DNA of 64,000 nucleotides from an uncultured Candidatus Entotheonella sp. GTDB taxonomy: Bacteria > Tectomicrobia > Entotheonellia > Entotheonellales > Entotheonellaceae. Below the pieces are notes generated by a model. It was not told the origin of the DNA. It ran no database searches and saw only the letters and a list, made by a program, of their open reading frames with translations. The DNA lies in the NCBI GenBank assembly GCA_965217185.1, contig OZ244252.1:1024001-1088000 (forward strand), given 5' to 3'. Position numbers and translations under genes: made by a program. Of this stretch, positions 41,203 to 52,601 are shown one piece after another. Every line of letters begins with the position of its first letter. Position 1 is the first letter of the stretch.

Positions 41203-42444
41203 ATGATGGACAGGCGTGTGGTTGTTACGGGACTTGGAGCAATGACACCTCTGGGGACTGAGGTTGATACCGTCTGGCAGCGGCTTTGCCGCGGCGAGTC
41301 GGGAATTGGCCCCATCACGCGGTTCGACGCCACCGCCTACCCCGCCCACATCGCCGGAGAAGTCCGCGAGTTCGATCCCGCCAAATACCTGGACAAGCAC
41401 GACATCCGCCGTACCGACCGATTTTGCCAACTCGCCATCGCAGCCAGCCAAGAAGCGGTGAACGACGCGGACCTCAATGTCGATGAAGGCGCCGGCCACC
41501 GCACCGGCGTGTACATCGGCACCGCCATGGGTGGGTTGGAATCCCTCGAGACCGTGCACAGCGTGTTGCTGGAAAAGGGACCGAAACGGGTGTCGCCCAT
41601 GTTCCCCACCATGCTGTTGGGCAACCTCGCGTCGGGTCACGTGTCCATGCGCTTCGGGGCCACCGGACCCAACAACAGCAGCGTGACGGCGTGTGCTGCC
41701 GGCGCCCACTCGATTGGCGAGGCGTTTCACACCATTTTGCGCGGCGCTGCCGACGTGATGATTGCGGGCGGCACGGAAGCGACGATCACGCCGCTGGCCA
41801 TCAGTTCGTTTGGCAACATGCGCGCCTTGTCGCCGCAGTCGGACGTCCCTGCCGCGGTAAGCCGGCCGTTTGATCGCGACCGAGACGGTTTTGTGATGTC
41901 CGAGGGAGCCGCTGTTGTGGTTCTGGAGGAACTGCAGTACGCCAGGCGACGCGGCGCCCCGGTCTATGCCGAACTCGTCGGCTACGGCAGCGCCTCCGAT
42001 GCCCATCACATCACGGCACCGCCGCCCGATGGCGCCGGCGCCTGCGCCTGCATGGCCGCAGCCCTGCAGGACGCCGGCCTGTCGCCCGATGCCGTGGATT
42101 ACATCAACGCCCACGCCACATCGACACCGATCGGCGACGTGTCCGAGACCATGGCCATTAAATCCGTGTTCAAGGACCGCGCTTATTCGCTGCCGATCAG
42201 CGCCACCAAATCCATGACCGGCCACATGCTGGGCGCCGCTGGGGCAATCGAGTCGATTTTCACGATCCTGGCCTTGCGCCAGGGTATCCTGCCGCCAACG
42301 ATCAACTACGAGCACCCAGACCCGCGTTGCGATCTGGATTATGTGCCCAACGAGGCCCGGCAGGCTGCCCTGCGCATTGCCATGTCCAACGCCTTCGGCT
42401 TCGGCGGCACCAACGCCTCGTTGGTCTTTCGGGCGTTTGACTAA
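41203..42444 (+). CDS. fabF: 3-oxoacyl-ACP synthase II
   Basis: RRVVVTGLG, TACAAG, SRPFD..RDGFV, INAHATST, KSMTGHMLGAAG, SNAFGFGGTN. Confidence 0.93.
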   Translation: MMDRRVVVTGLGAMTPLGTEVDTVWQRLCRGESGIGPITRFDATAYPAHIAGEVREFDPAKYLDKHDIRRTDRFCQLAIAASQEAVNDADLNVDEGAGHRTGVYIGTAMGGLESLETVHSVLLEKGPKRVSPMFPTMLLGNLASGHVSMRFGATGPNNSSVTACAAGAHSIGEAFHTILRGAADVMIAGGTEATITPLAISSFGNMRALSPQSDVPAAVSRPFDRDRDGFVMSEGAAVVVLEELQYARRRGAPVYAELVGYGSASDAHHITAPPPDGAGACACMAAALQDAGLSPDAVDYINAHATSTPIGDVSETMAIKSVFKDRAYSLPISATKSMTGHMLGAAGAIESIFTILALRQGILPPTINYEHPDPRCDLDYVPNEARQAALRIAMSNAFGFGGTNASLVFRAFD

Positions 42445-42463
42445 AGGTTTTCAGGAGAACGTT

Positions 42464-43402
42464 TTGGTTACTGCACGTCCCCTTTCCCCACCCTCTGAAG
42501 CCCCGAAACTGGCTTCCGTCGAGAGCGTCATCGAGCTGTTCGGCGGCGCCGATTACGTGTGTGGTAAGGACGTTGCCACCGCCGTTTACCTGATGACGCA
42601 ATTGCAGCGTCCGTTGCTCATCGAAGGGCCGCCCGGGGTCGGCAAAACGGAACTGGCGAAGGTGCTGGCAGACACCACCGGGCGCGAGCTCATTCGCCTG
42701 CAGTGTTACGAGGGGCTGGATGAGACGAAAGCGCTGTACGAGTGGGAGTACAGTAAGCAGTTACTCTACGTGCAGATGCTCAAGGAACGGCTGGGAAGCC
42801 TGCTGGCCAACGCCAATTCCCTGAACGAGGCGGTGGCGCACCTGCAACATCAGGAGAGCGCTTTCTTTTCGCGCCACTTCCTGTTGCCGCGGCCGCTGCT
42901 GCAAGCCATCGTGTCGCCGCTGCCAACGGTTTTGTTGATTGACGAAATTGACCGCGCGGACCAGGAATTCGAGGCCTTTCTGCTCGAGATACTCAGCGAT
43001 TTTCAGGTCAGCATTCCGGAGATCGGCACGCTGTGCGCCAATCAGAAGCCGCACGTCCTACTCACCAGCAACGCCACCCGTAGCCTCTCGGAAGCCCTCA
43101 AGCGGCGCTGCTTTTACCTCTACATCGACCAGCCGACCTTTGACGTCGAGCTGCAGATCGTGCAGCGCAAGGTGCCCGGCATCGACCATCATCTGGCCAC
43201 GCACATCGTGCAGTTCATCCAGCGTGTGCGGAAACTCCAACTGCGCAAAGCGCCCAGCATCAGCGAAACCCTGGATTGGGCTCTGGCGCTCGTGGTGCTC
43301 GGTGCTAACGTGCTGTCCCGCCAACTCATCGTCGATACGCTCAACATCCTGCTGAAAGACAAAGACGACATCGCCCGCGTGTTGCAAGACGTAAAGCGAT
43401 GA
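42464..43402 (+). CDS. MoxR family AAA+ ATPase (CoxD-like)
   Basis: EGPPGVGKT, IRLQCYEGLD...LYEW, LLIDEIDRAD, LSEALKRRC; AGGAG RBS before TTG. Confidence 0.9.
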   Translation: MVTARPLSPPSEAPKLASVESVIELFGGADYVCGKDVATAVYLMTQLQRPLLIEGPPGVGKTELAKVLADTTGRELIRLQCYEGLDETKALYEWEYSKQLLYVQMLKERLGSLLANANSLNEAVAHLQHQESAFFSRHFLLPRPLLQAIVSPLPTVLLIDEIDRADQEFEAFLLEILSDFQVSIPEIGTLCANQKPHVLLTSNATRSLSEALKRRCFYLYIDQPTFDVELQIVQRKVPGIDHHLATHIVQFIQRVRKLQLRKAPSISETLDWALALVVLGANVLSRQLIVDTLNILLKDKDDIARVLQDVKR

Positions 43403-44622
43403 CGCCTCGCCTTCTCGCCTTCGTGCGCCTGCTGCGCGATCAGGGGCTGCGCGTTTCCGTAGCCGAGGGCCTCGAAGCCCTGCAAAGCATTGGCCACGTC
43501 GGCCTGGACGACCGCGAATTGCTGCGCCTCAGCCTGCGTACGGTCCTGATCAAGTCGCAGCGCGATTTCGCCCTGTTCGATACCCTGTTCCAACGATTCT
43601 TCACCGTGCCGCGGCGGCGCAAGCGGCGGCGGTCGAAACACCAACACCAGAGCGGCAACGAGGCGGGCAAACGGCCAACGCCGCACGCACGCCACAATGG
43701 CGGTTCGCCGACCTCCCCGCTATCGCTGCGTGCCCTGCACCACAGCAAGGGGCAGCTGTCCACGGATCCTATCCAGGCGCAGGCGCAGGAGAGACTGGAC
43801 GCCCTGGAGCGGGCTTGGCAACAGCAGCTGAAGGCGCCGCTGGGTCCCGTGGTGATGCAGCCTGAAAAACCCGGCATGCAGGCGCTCCATACGCGGATCG
43901 ATCGCCCGTTTCCGCCGGACCGCCTGGAAGATATGTATCATCAGGTCGAGCGCCTCGCCGTTCAACTACTGACCCGCCGCGCCCTGCGTTATCGTCGTGC
44001 CCGGCATGGGCGGGTCGACCTGCGGGGCACCGTGCTGCGGGGTCTGCGCAGCGGCACCGAAATTCCCTTCACCCTGGTTCGCCGACGCCGCAAGCAAACC
44101 AAGCTGCGGCTCATGGTGCTGTGCGACGTGTCCGGCTCGGTGTGGCAGGTCTCCACGTTTTTGTTGAAGCTCGTGCACACCCTGCAGGCCGAGTTCAACC
44201 AGGTGCGCAGCTTGGTGTTCGTCAACAGCATCGTCGAGGTGACGGAGCTGTTCCGCCGCATGCGATTTCCCCAGGACCTCAAGACCCTGCGCCAGTACCC
44301 GAACCTCAACCTCTTCGGATTCAGCGACTTCGGGCGCGCCTTTTATCAGTTCTACCGCGATTACCTCGATGAATTGACGCGCGAGACGGTGGTGGTCATT
44401 CTGGGCGATGCGCGCAACAATGCCTTTGACGCGCAATTCTGGACCCTGGAGGAAATTCGTCAGCGCAGCCGCCGGATCTTGTGGCTCAACCCGGAGCCGC
44501 GCCGCGAGTGGGATACGGGGGATTCGATCATTGGGGTGTACGCGCCGTTCTGCGACGACGTCTTGGAGTGCTGGACGTTGGAACATCTGGAACAGGCGGC
44601 GAATCGGCTGTTGCAGGGGTAA
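43399..44622 (+). CDS. VWA-domain CoxE-like protein
   Basis: LCDVSGSV MIDAS-like motif, ILGDARNN, WLNPEP..WDTGDS. Confidence 0.88.
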   Translation: MTPRLLAFVRLLRDQGLRVSVAEGLEALQSIGHVGLDDRELLRLSLRTVLIKSQRDFALFDTLFQRFFTVPRRRKRRRSKHQHQSGNEAGKRPTPHARHNGGSPTSPLSLRALHHSKGQLSTDPIQAQAQERLDALERAWQQQLKAPLGPVVMQPEKPGMQALHTRIDRPFPPDRLEDMYHQVERLAVQLLTRRALRYRRARHGRVDLRGTVLRGLRSGTEIPFTLVRRRRKQTKLRLMVLCDVSGSVWQVSTFLLKLVHTLQAEFNQVRSLVFVNSIVEVTELFRRMRFPQDLKTLRQYPNLNLFGFSDFGRAFYQFYRDYLDELTRETVVVILGDARNNAFDAQFWTLEEIRQRSRRILWLNPEPRREWDTGDSIIGVYAPFCDDVLECWTLEHLEQAANRLLQG

Positions 44623-44725
44623 GCGTCGCAAACCCGACGCCGATGGTGAGGCAGAGCCGGGCGCGGCTTAACTGCGCGAGCACATATCGACGCCCTGTAA
44701 GGAAGCTTGCCATTTGGTACTTTGA

Positions 44726-45358
44726 TCATGCCTTGTCCATTACTCCAAGGGCTTCTCTGAACAGTTTGACAACAAAGTGGCGAGGTATTCTTCCGACTAC
44801 AACTACATCTTTATATTCTTCTGGTAGTCGAGGAAGAGAATTGTAGTCAATGTTCAAAATCAATTTGAAAAATGGATCATATGTATCAACAACTCCTCGA
44901 ATAAATTCGTCATCAAAGAACAGGGCATTTTTATGAAGGGAGGAATTTATTTCCAGAAAATATTCACAGAACTTTTTTCCATTTTCTTTCATTATTTTTA
45001 ATGCATCCTCGGTAGGATAAGGAAGATTCAGAGCTTTTCCTTTGACTTCATCTATGTCTGTTATTGTCCACCAGCCTAAGAAAAATGTTTGCAACGAATA
45101 TTCAGCATCAACGGCACGGTGATGCATAGACTCTATCAAATCAACTCTCTTCCTATGCAGGTAGTTCTCGTGAATGTTGAGGCGAGCAAGGTCTCTGGAG
45201 AACTCAGCTCGAATGGTTTCGATTTGAATCGTATTCTGATGCTCGTAATCGCTCCTAAGCAACTGAATCTGATAAGAGAACCAGGAGCGTAAGAGATAAC
45301 CCGCCACTGCTACGACGGCTGTAGTTGTTCCCAATTGGGTCAGAAGATTCTCAATCAT
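44726..45358 (-). CDS. AT-rich hypothetical protein with N-terminal membrane anchor
   Basis: Open frame of about 210 aa in a low-GC segment; hydrophobic N-terminus. Confidence 0.6.
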   Translation of the reverse strand: MIENLLTQLGTTTAVVAVAGYLLRSWFSYQIQLLRSDYEHQNTIQIETIRAEFSRDLARLNIHENYLHRKRVDLIESMHHRAVDAEYSLQTFFLGWWTITDIDEVKGKALNLPYPTEDALKIMKENGKKFCEYFLEINSSLHKNALFFDDEFIRGVVDTYDPFFKLILNIDYNSLPRLPEEYKDVVVVGRIPRHFVVKLFREALGVMDKA

Positions 45359-45608
45359 TATTGTTCTCTCCAAGCACTGTACACGACAAAATTATATGGG
45401 GTAGAGCGAATGGGGCAGCGCTTCGGGCGATGTGACCGCCTTCCAGAGTAGGCTCAGGACCTGCTCAAAGCTGCTCCCACTTGTCTGTCGCATTAAGGAC
45501 AGCTTGGCGAATGCTGTCAAATCCATGTGGTGCAACAGCGGTGTATTCCGCGACGAAGTCACGATGCACACGCCCTCCGATAGATCGTGATTATGGATTC
45601 TTTCGACA

Positions 45609-47096
45609 GAGCCACTTGCAAAACCCTAACGGAACGTCGAGAGCGAAGTATTCGGATTTGATATTTGGGGATGTTTCGGCATCGGATACGTCGTCAGGGC
45701 ATCTGCAGCACTTCTCAGCGGCCACAATCCAGCGACAATGAGGTTTCCTTGACGGTATATGAGCAAACCTGTCCGGTGTGGCCCTGCCGAGACAGGACGC
45801 CTGCAAGAGGTGAGGGGTGGAAGCAAGTCGGTTTCAGTTCAACAGGCGCATCAACTGCGACACCGCCAGCGCCACCATGCCGAACATCAGGTGGCACAGC
45901 ACCTTGGCGTGACCTCGCACGCGGACTTGGCGAGCGCCGAACTCGTCCTTGAGACGACCCTTGACACGCTCGACGGTGCTGCGCTCACGGTAGCGTAACT
46001 GCTCGGCGTACACGTGGCCGACGGTACGCTGCGCCCGCGCCGCGGTCTTGCGTTCCAGCTTACGCGAAGCACTGCGGGGATTGGCGTCGATGATTGCAAC
46101 ATGCCCCAGCGACTCACTGTGCGCTCTGATCTCGGGCGCGTCATAAGCCGAGTCCATCAGGTCATAGAGGTTGGTGACTCGTGCGGCCGTCAGGGTCGCC
46201 AGGGGAATCGCCACTTGGCTGTCATGCAACGAGGCCGAGGTCAGGATGCAACTGAGTGGAACGCCGCCATCGGCTGCGTCGATATGCAACTTGTAGCCGT
46301 TCCATGATTCCTGATGTCCCTTGGCGTCCCGCTTGACGCCAACATCACAGGTGCGTGGCAGGTCGGCGAGCATCTCCGGCAGGATCATGTTGGACTGGCG
46401 CGCCAGCCTTCGGGGCGCCTTGTCCAGTCGTTGTTCAGCCTTGCGCGGTCGCCCGCGGCGGCGTTTCGGCGTAGCCGCTTGGTGCGGCTTCGGGGCTGGC
46501 TTCTCGCGCCCCAAGATCGCCGTCGAATCGCGTGAGACGTGGCCGACCAGATGATCGCGCAAGGTCTTGTCGATCAGCGCCTCGTGCAGGCGGCTTGGCA
46601 AGGCGCTGTCAGCGAAGTCGCTGAAGGCCCGCGACAAGGTCGCCGCGCTGGGGACCGCCGCGCCCTGGCTCCAGCCGCACAGGCGACGCAGCGGCCGGTC
46701 GATGACAAGGCGCTCAACGAGCGCGCGGGTGGTCGAGATGGCGAACACCGCCTTGGCGCTAAAGGCTCGTGCCAGCGCCGCACGATCCGCCTGCGGGCGC
46801 CCCGGCAAGCCACGCCAGCACGTTCAGGAATGGCTCAACCGGTACGAACCCGAGTACCGTGACGAATAACTCGTAGCGCTCGCCCAAGGGACCGAGTTCT
46901 TCTTCGAGCGTGGGGAAAAGCTCTCGTTGCAAGGCGAAGCCGTAATTCGATAGGATCGTACGCAGGGACATGGCCGTTTTCTCCTTCACGTGGTGGTCGC
47001 ACAATACATGACATGAAGCAAAGACAGCCTGTCCCGTTCAAGTCAACCTCTTACCCTCAATAATTCCCGACGACTCCACAGTTTTGCAAAAGGCTC
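45609..47096 (-). mobile_element. Insertion sequence (DDE transposase, IS5/IS1182-like), about 1.49 kb
   Basis: Terminal IRs GAGCCACTTGCAAAAC (45609) and GTTTTGCAAAAGGCTC (ending 47096); direct repeat GACA on both flanks. Confidence 0.85.
45834..46971 (-). pseudogene. Frameshifted transposase
   Basis: N-part LQRELFPTLEEELGPL shifts near 46810-46830 into PGRP...SRDSTAI...GYKLH...HDSQ...DSAYD...RSTVER. Confidence 0.82.
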
Positions 47097-47680
47097 GACA
47101 GATTGATTTTCTCAGCAATCCATTCTGCGGCTGCAGATTGAGTCATCGGTCCATCCTGACACAGTGCTTCCATCGCAAAGTATATGCAACCGTCCCGCGT
47201 ATGGTACTTACGCGTCCGATTACCGGGTTTCCGTGGGGGTGCTGTACGTTCGTCTTTCAGTACATCAACAAGCCATGCACATAAGTACGGGTCGTCAATT
47301 ACGCTGCGCCGAATCGAGTGGCTACTCGCGCTTAATGCCTCCGCTATAATCCGCCTTATGGCGTCCCAATAATCGCGATCCGTTTCCGAACGCTCCACGT
47401 AGTACCGCGCCATGTCAACGCTCATTTTGTGGATTCCCTCGTCTCCTGCTTCGAGGTCAATTAACCGGAATACCTTCCACTCTCTCCAATAGGCCGGCTT
47501 CTTCTTCGTATATAGGCGATTCCACTTCCAGAATTCGTAGAGATCATCGGCCCTCGTGGTCGTTTCATGGGGATTGTCGATGTGGTCACTGTCCAGATGT
47601 TCTGCTGCACGCCTTTTCGTCTCGGATTCCGACAGGACTGCCATTGCTGCGACCTCCTTACACTTGAACATTGCTGCCAA
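47097..47680 (-). pseudogene. Hypothetical gene interrupted by the IS (3' end at 45559-45604)
   Basis: Removing the IS and one GACA restores ...EWIAEKINLSKESIITIYRRACAS*. Confidence 0.65.
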
Positions 47681-48066
47681 GCTCAGTTCTCAAGCTTGGC
47701 TGTCTCACACTTCATTATCAATATCACACGGCCCTCTAACGCTGTCGATATGAACTTTCGAGACGCAAATTCTACCCCCCTTACGGGTCTTCCGACGGAG
47801 CTTCCGCAATTCGGCCGATACCTCCTATTTAAGGGGATCATTTACTTGACTAACCTCCCCCTCTTGTTGCACTCTCGCTTTCAGCGAACATCTACCTGGG
47901 TATCCCGATTGTCGGGCTGCCCACTCAATACAACAGCCGACAAACGGTGAAGGGTCGCTCCCTTTGCTGGGTGAATAGGTGGGGACTTCCTTGTACCCAG
48001 GGGATGTTCGCAACGGCCCGGCGCCAATCCGGGCGCCGGGGAACACCCTACCGAGAGGGGAATCCC

Positions 48067-49187
48067 ATGCGTCGAATCACCCACAGAACACCCCAATTAC
48101 TGACCATCTTGCTTCTGGCTTTAATGCTCGCCGCCTGTGGTGGTGGCGGCGATAGCATCAGCGGACCACAGCGCGATTTGGAATCCATCGTTGATTTGGA
48201 AGCCGAAAGGGAGTCTCGCCGGCTGGAGGAGGAGCAGGAACAATCCCGGATCGAGGCGGCGGAAGCCGAAAGACTGGAACTCGAAGCGCAGGCCACAGAA
48301 GCTAACGAGTCGACGTCTGGACCGAAAACCGAGGCTGAGTCAGACACCGAGAGAGAAGAAGTGCCGAACCCTTACAACATCCCATCGGAATGGGTTTGGC
48401 ATGATGGGCGATTCATTCCTTTGGAGGACGTCCCTGTTCAGGAAGAAGAACCTGTAGCGCCGGCGTCAAGCGTCTATCTCGCGTGGGATTACCACAGTGT
48501 CCCGAACCTGCACGACTTGGGAGATTGGGCAAGCGAGTCGCCTTTACACGTGAATCTTGGCCATGCAGAGTTTGGGGTCAACATGCGTGACGGCGAATAC
48601 ATCCCTTGGATGCGCGGAGACCTGCCTGAAACCAGTCTGTATGCCAACCGATGAAGTCCGAACGAACCTACGACGAATACGGCTACTGGACTGCCGAATA
48701 CAGTGATCTGAGATGGGAGGGCGTTCTTGTTGGCTTCACGCCTGATGGGGAATCAGTCGCGGGGAAGGCTACCCTCAGCGACTTTGATTTCGGCGGGCGT
48801 CGTCACCGCGGAAAAGGCCCGAATGGACCCAAGCATTGGGACCCAGGCAAGGCATACCTCACCTTCACCGAACTGGCATACGACAATGGCGGAATATGGA
48901 GGGATGGAGACCTGGAGTATGAAGTCGGAATTGGCGTGACATTCGGAGATAATACTACCGTCCTCAACCACAGCTTCAGTCATCCTTTCAGAAGGTTCGA
49001 TTGCGGCAGGAGTCCTACGGGATGCAGGAGTGACTCATTTCTCAATGGTGCGGGCGTGAGACCAGAAGGGTATAGCACGACCGATGCTGGTGAGGTGCGC
49101 GGCATGTTCTTCGGGCCGAAACACGAGGCAATGGCCGGCACACTGGAGCGAGACGACCTGACCGCGGCTTTTGGTGGGAAGCGATAG
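48067..49187 (+). pseudogene. Surface lipoprotein with TbpB-like C-terminal barrel, split near 48650
   Basis: Lipobox LAAC-GGGG in the first ORF; second ORF ends GEVRGMFFGPKHEAMAGTL...AAFGGKR and has no signal peptide. Confidence 0.6.
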
Positions 49188-49374
49188 AATCGACAAGTCT
49201 GCTGGCTATCGCATAGGCTAGCCAACGGCTTCGGCAAGGGACTTAATTGAGTCCCTTGCTTCACCCCATGAGGGAGAGAGACAGCCTGAGGCACCGGACA
49301 ATGCCGCAATCATCAACGGCCCAAAAGAGGCGCAGGCAACGCATGAAGATACCGCCAAGTAAGGAGGCAGGGAC

Positions 49375-49575
49375 GTGAGCGCAGAATTCTGGGCGATTCT
49401 TGGTGTTGGTGTGGCTATTATCAGCTTGAACTGGCGCATGTATGAAGGACTGCGCCGGGGAATTGGCGACATCCGTGGTGAGATTGCGGGCTTGCGCGAA
49501 CGCATGGCGCGGGTTGAAGGAATGCTCGAAGCGATGCGCGACTTCCTGATTGGCGAGCAAATCGCACCATCCTAA
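49375..49575 (+). CDS. Small membrane-anchored coiled-coil protein
   Basis: AILGVGVAII then IRGEIAGLRERMARVEGML; AAGGAGG upstream. Confidence 0.55.
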   Translation: MSAEFWAILGVGVAIISLNWRMYEGLRRGIGDIRGEIAGLRERMARVEGMLEAMRDFLIGEQIAPS

Positions 49576-49622
49576 GCGATCAAATCCTTTCCGATCGGTG
49601 CCTCGGTTTCACACCCCGCACC

Positions 49623-52493
49623 TCAACGAACGTCGCGCTGCGCCTCGCGGTCGTCTTCCTCGGAAGCCTTGGGTGTGGCGATCACTAGCGCGAACCGTTC
49701 CGGTACGACAACCTTCCTGACCTCTGCGGCGATGTCGGCCTTTGAATACGCCATCAGCTTGTCGACCAAGCCAACAACATCCTCCAGGCGCGTGTCGTGA
49801 TACTCCATATCGGCCAGGATATACACCCAGAAACGAGGCCCCTTCAGCATCGTTTCCAGGCTGTTGCGCAACTGTGTGCGAACCGTTTCGACCTCTTCAT
49901 CGGTCGGGCCCTCGGCAGCGAATTCCTCAACTGTCTTCTTCGCCACCGCCACGGCTTCGGTCACCTTGTCCGGATCGGCGGTGAAATCCACGTACAGCGC
50001 ACTCATGTCCGGGTAGACCCGGCTGGGATGCACGTACGTCTCGGCGGAATACGTCAGGCCGCGGTCTTCGCGGATTTCCTTGCGGATGCGGCGTTCCAGA
50101 ATGCGAGCGACCATAAACATGAGGCGGCGGCCGCGCACCTCGCGCCAGGGGGCGGAGCGCCACATCAGGATGGGGTGGGCGCGTGGGGTAATGGTTTCGA
50201 CCTCGATTGTCTGCGTGACCGGCCCCGTGAAGCCGGCCACCTTTCGTAGCGGGTCCAAGCCGGGGTCGTGGTGCTGACGCGGCGGCAGCGAGCCCAGGTA
50301 GGTGGCGGCGAGTTGGATCGCCCGTTCCTCGGGGATATCGCCGACGATGGCGATTTCCATCGGCGCCGAACGCAGGAGGGTGTCAAGCCAAGCTTGCGCC
50401 TCCGGAATGGCCGCCGCGCGTGCGGCGATTTGCTCCGCCGTCAGCCTGGCCTGCCGCGGATCGTTGCCGCTCAAGACCAGTCGGGCCGCCTCGTAGCTGC
50501 GGGCGCCAATGTCTGTGCGTTCCGAGGCCAGAGTTTGCAATTCCTGATTCTTCCAGAGTTCCACCAGCGTCGGCTCGATTTTGGCGTCGCGCATCAGAAG
50601 GTGAACCAGCCGCAAGCCGTCTTCCAAAGCCTCTGGTGTGCCCGACACGGAAAGGGTGACCGAGTCGGCGTCAGCTTGGCCCTGCACCTGCACCTGCTTG
50701 CCGGTCATCAGGTCGCGGATGTCGGTGGACGAGAGCTGCGAAGTGGCGGGTTTCGTCAGCGGCTGCGTGGCCACCGCGGTGATACCGCGCTGCGCGGCAC
50801 TCTCGCGGATGCGACCGCCGGCGAGCGTCACCGTCACCGAAACGTGATCCTTCTTGAAATCCATGAATCGGTAGTGCAACCGGGCCTGATTGGCGAACGT
50901 CACGTGCGTTACGGCCAACGGCTCGAAGTGCGTGCGTTCGATGATGTCGCCCGGCTGGGGGTCCTGCGCCAACAGCGAAGTTGGGCGTTCTTTGCTCTGC
51001 CAGGCTGCCACCGGCTGCGCTAAGGCATCCTGGACGACCTTCAGCACGTCTTCGCTACTGGGCACGGGCACGTCCGACTGCTCGGGCAGGATCAGAATGT
51101 GCACCCCCTCGTTCGCTTTGAAGCGCGCCGCAAAGGTCGCGGCGACTTCTTCGGCGGTGATGGTGGGCAGCACGTCCTTCACCAAGGCCGCGGCTTGGGA
51201 GGCCGACCTCGGCAGTTCGCCGCGCGTCAAGGCGCGGTTCATGCCGCCGAGGAAGGCGTGCGCGTCGCGCGTGGCCTCGGTTTGCGCGGCGTGCTCCGCC
51301 TCCGCCTGCAGCGCACGCTTCGCGGTGTCCAGTTCGTCGGGCGAAAAGCCGTGGTGGCGCGCCGTCTGGACGTCCTGTATCAGGGCCTGAAAGGCGTCGC
51401 TCCAGTTTTCGGGCGCCGCTTCTGCTCCCGCAACTGCCTGCCGGGCCACACCGAAGAACCGGGAGATGTACGTGCCCGCATCCTGATAGGGCACGTCGCC
51501 TTCCTGTACGCGTTGCTCCATGCGCCGGTTGATGATCCAGGTACCCACCTGCTCAACCAGGTGTCGCCGGTAATCGCCGACCGTCTGGCGCGGTGCGTAG
51601 GGCATGACAGCCAGCGTTTCCAGCCGGGCGATCGTCAGCTCGGGATCGGTCAGGACCACGGCGCGCGGTCCCTCGTAGGGCTGCATGCCCGCTTCCAGGT
51701 CCTGCGGTGCCGGGTCCTGGCGTTGCCAGCCGTCGAAATGGCGTTTGATGGCGGACACCATGGTGTCAACCGGAGCGTCCCCGACTGCCAAGAGGGTCGC
51801 CTTGCCGGGGTGATACCAGGTCGAGTAATAATCCAGCATGTCCTCGCGCTGGATGGCGTTGAGCGTTTCATCCAGACCGATGGGTAGGCGCCGCGCCACG
51901 CGCGAACCCGGCAAGACAGCCGGCAGGAATTGTTCCATGAGCCGCTGATGCGTGCCCTTCCTCGCCCGTTTTTCCTCCAGAATGACGCCTCTTTCCTTGT
52001 CGATCTCCTCAGACGTTAGAAGCATGCGGAAGGCCACGTCGGAGAGATACAAGAGCCCTTTGTCGATGGTCTCAGGCTTGGTGTCCGGCAGGGTCAGGAT
52101 GTAGGTCGTCTGATCGAGGCTCGTGAAAGCGTTTTGGTGCTGACCAAATCGTAGCCCGATGGATTCGAAGTAGGGCAATAACTCGCCAGGCGGGAAATTT
52201 TCCGAGCCGTTGAACGCCATGTGCTCCAGGAAATGTGCCATCCCTTCCTGCCCGTCCTTCTCGTTCAGCGATCCCGTCGAGACGTGCAACCAGAACGATA
52301 TCTTCCCTGGCGGCGTCGCGTGCGACCGCACCCAGTACGCCATCCCGTTGTCCAGGCTTCCCCGCTGCACCGCAGGATCCACCGGCAAAGGAGCACTCAG
52401 GTCCAATTCCGCCGCTGTCCCGACGGACAGCAGCAAACCGAACAACACCACACCACCCAACAGGACCCGCAGCCAAGGAAGGGCAACTCTCAT
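49623..52493 (-). CDS. M16 family zinc protease (PqqL-like), exported
   Basis: Signal peptide, LDNGM, AHFLEHMAF (HxxEH), NAFTSLDQTTY, ERGVILEE, IREDRGLTYS. Confidence 0.92.
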   Translation of the reverse strand: MRVALPWLRVLLGGVVLFGLLLSVGTAAELDLSAPLPVDPAVQRGSLDNGMAYWVRSHATPPGKISFWLHVSTGSLNEKDGQEGMAHFLEHMAFNGSENFPPGELLPYFESIGLRFGQHQNAFTSLDQTTYILTLPDTKPETIDKGLLYLSDVAFRMLLTSEEIDKERGVILEEKRARKGTHQRLMEQFLPAVLPGSRVARRLPIGLDETLNAIQREDMLDYYSTWYHPGKATLLAVGDAPVDTMVSAIKRHFDGWQRQDPAPQDLEAGMQPYEGPRAVVLTDPELTIARLETLAVMPYAPRQTVGDYRRHLVEQVGTWIINRRMEQRVQEGDVPYQDAGTYISRFFGVARQAVAGAEAAPENWSDAFQALIQDVQTARHHGFSPDELDTAKRALQAEAEHAAQTEATRDAHAFLGGMNRALTRGELPRSASQAAALVKDVLPTITAEEVAATFAARFKANEGVHILILPEQSDVPVPSSEDVLKVVQDALAQPVAAWQSKERPTSLLAQDPQPGDIIERTHFEPLAVTHVTFANQARLHYRFMDFKKDHVSVTVTLAGGRIRESAAQRGITAVATQPLTKPATSQLSSTDIRDLMTGKQVQVQGQADADSVTLSVSGTPEALEDGLRLVHLLMRDAKIEPTLVELWKNQELQTLASERTDIGARSYEAARLVLSGNDPRQARLTAEQIAARAAAIPEAQAWLDTLLRSAPMEIAIVGDIPEERAIQLAATYLGSLPPRQHHDPGLDPLRKVAGFTGPVTQTIEVETITPRAHPILMWRSAPWREVRGRRLMFMVARILERRIRKEIREDRGLTYSAETYVHPSRVYPDMSALYVDFTADPDKVTEAVAVAKKTVEEFAAEGPTDEEVETVRTQLRNSLETMLKGPRFWVYILADMEYHDTRLEDVVGLVDKLMAYSKADIAAEVRKVVVPERFALVIATPKASEEDDREAQRDVR

Positions 52494-52601
52494 TCGCTGT
52501 TCTCCAAACTTTATCGTGGGGTTGATTGGAACATGCTCGTTCATGCTACAGTCCAAGACATAATGCCGCAACGCAGTAACGCAGAGGTACTTCCGAATCG
52601 A

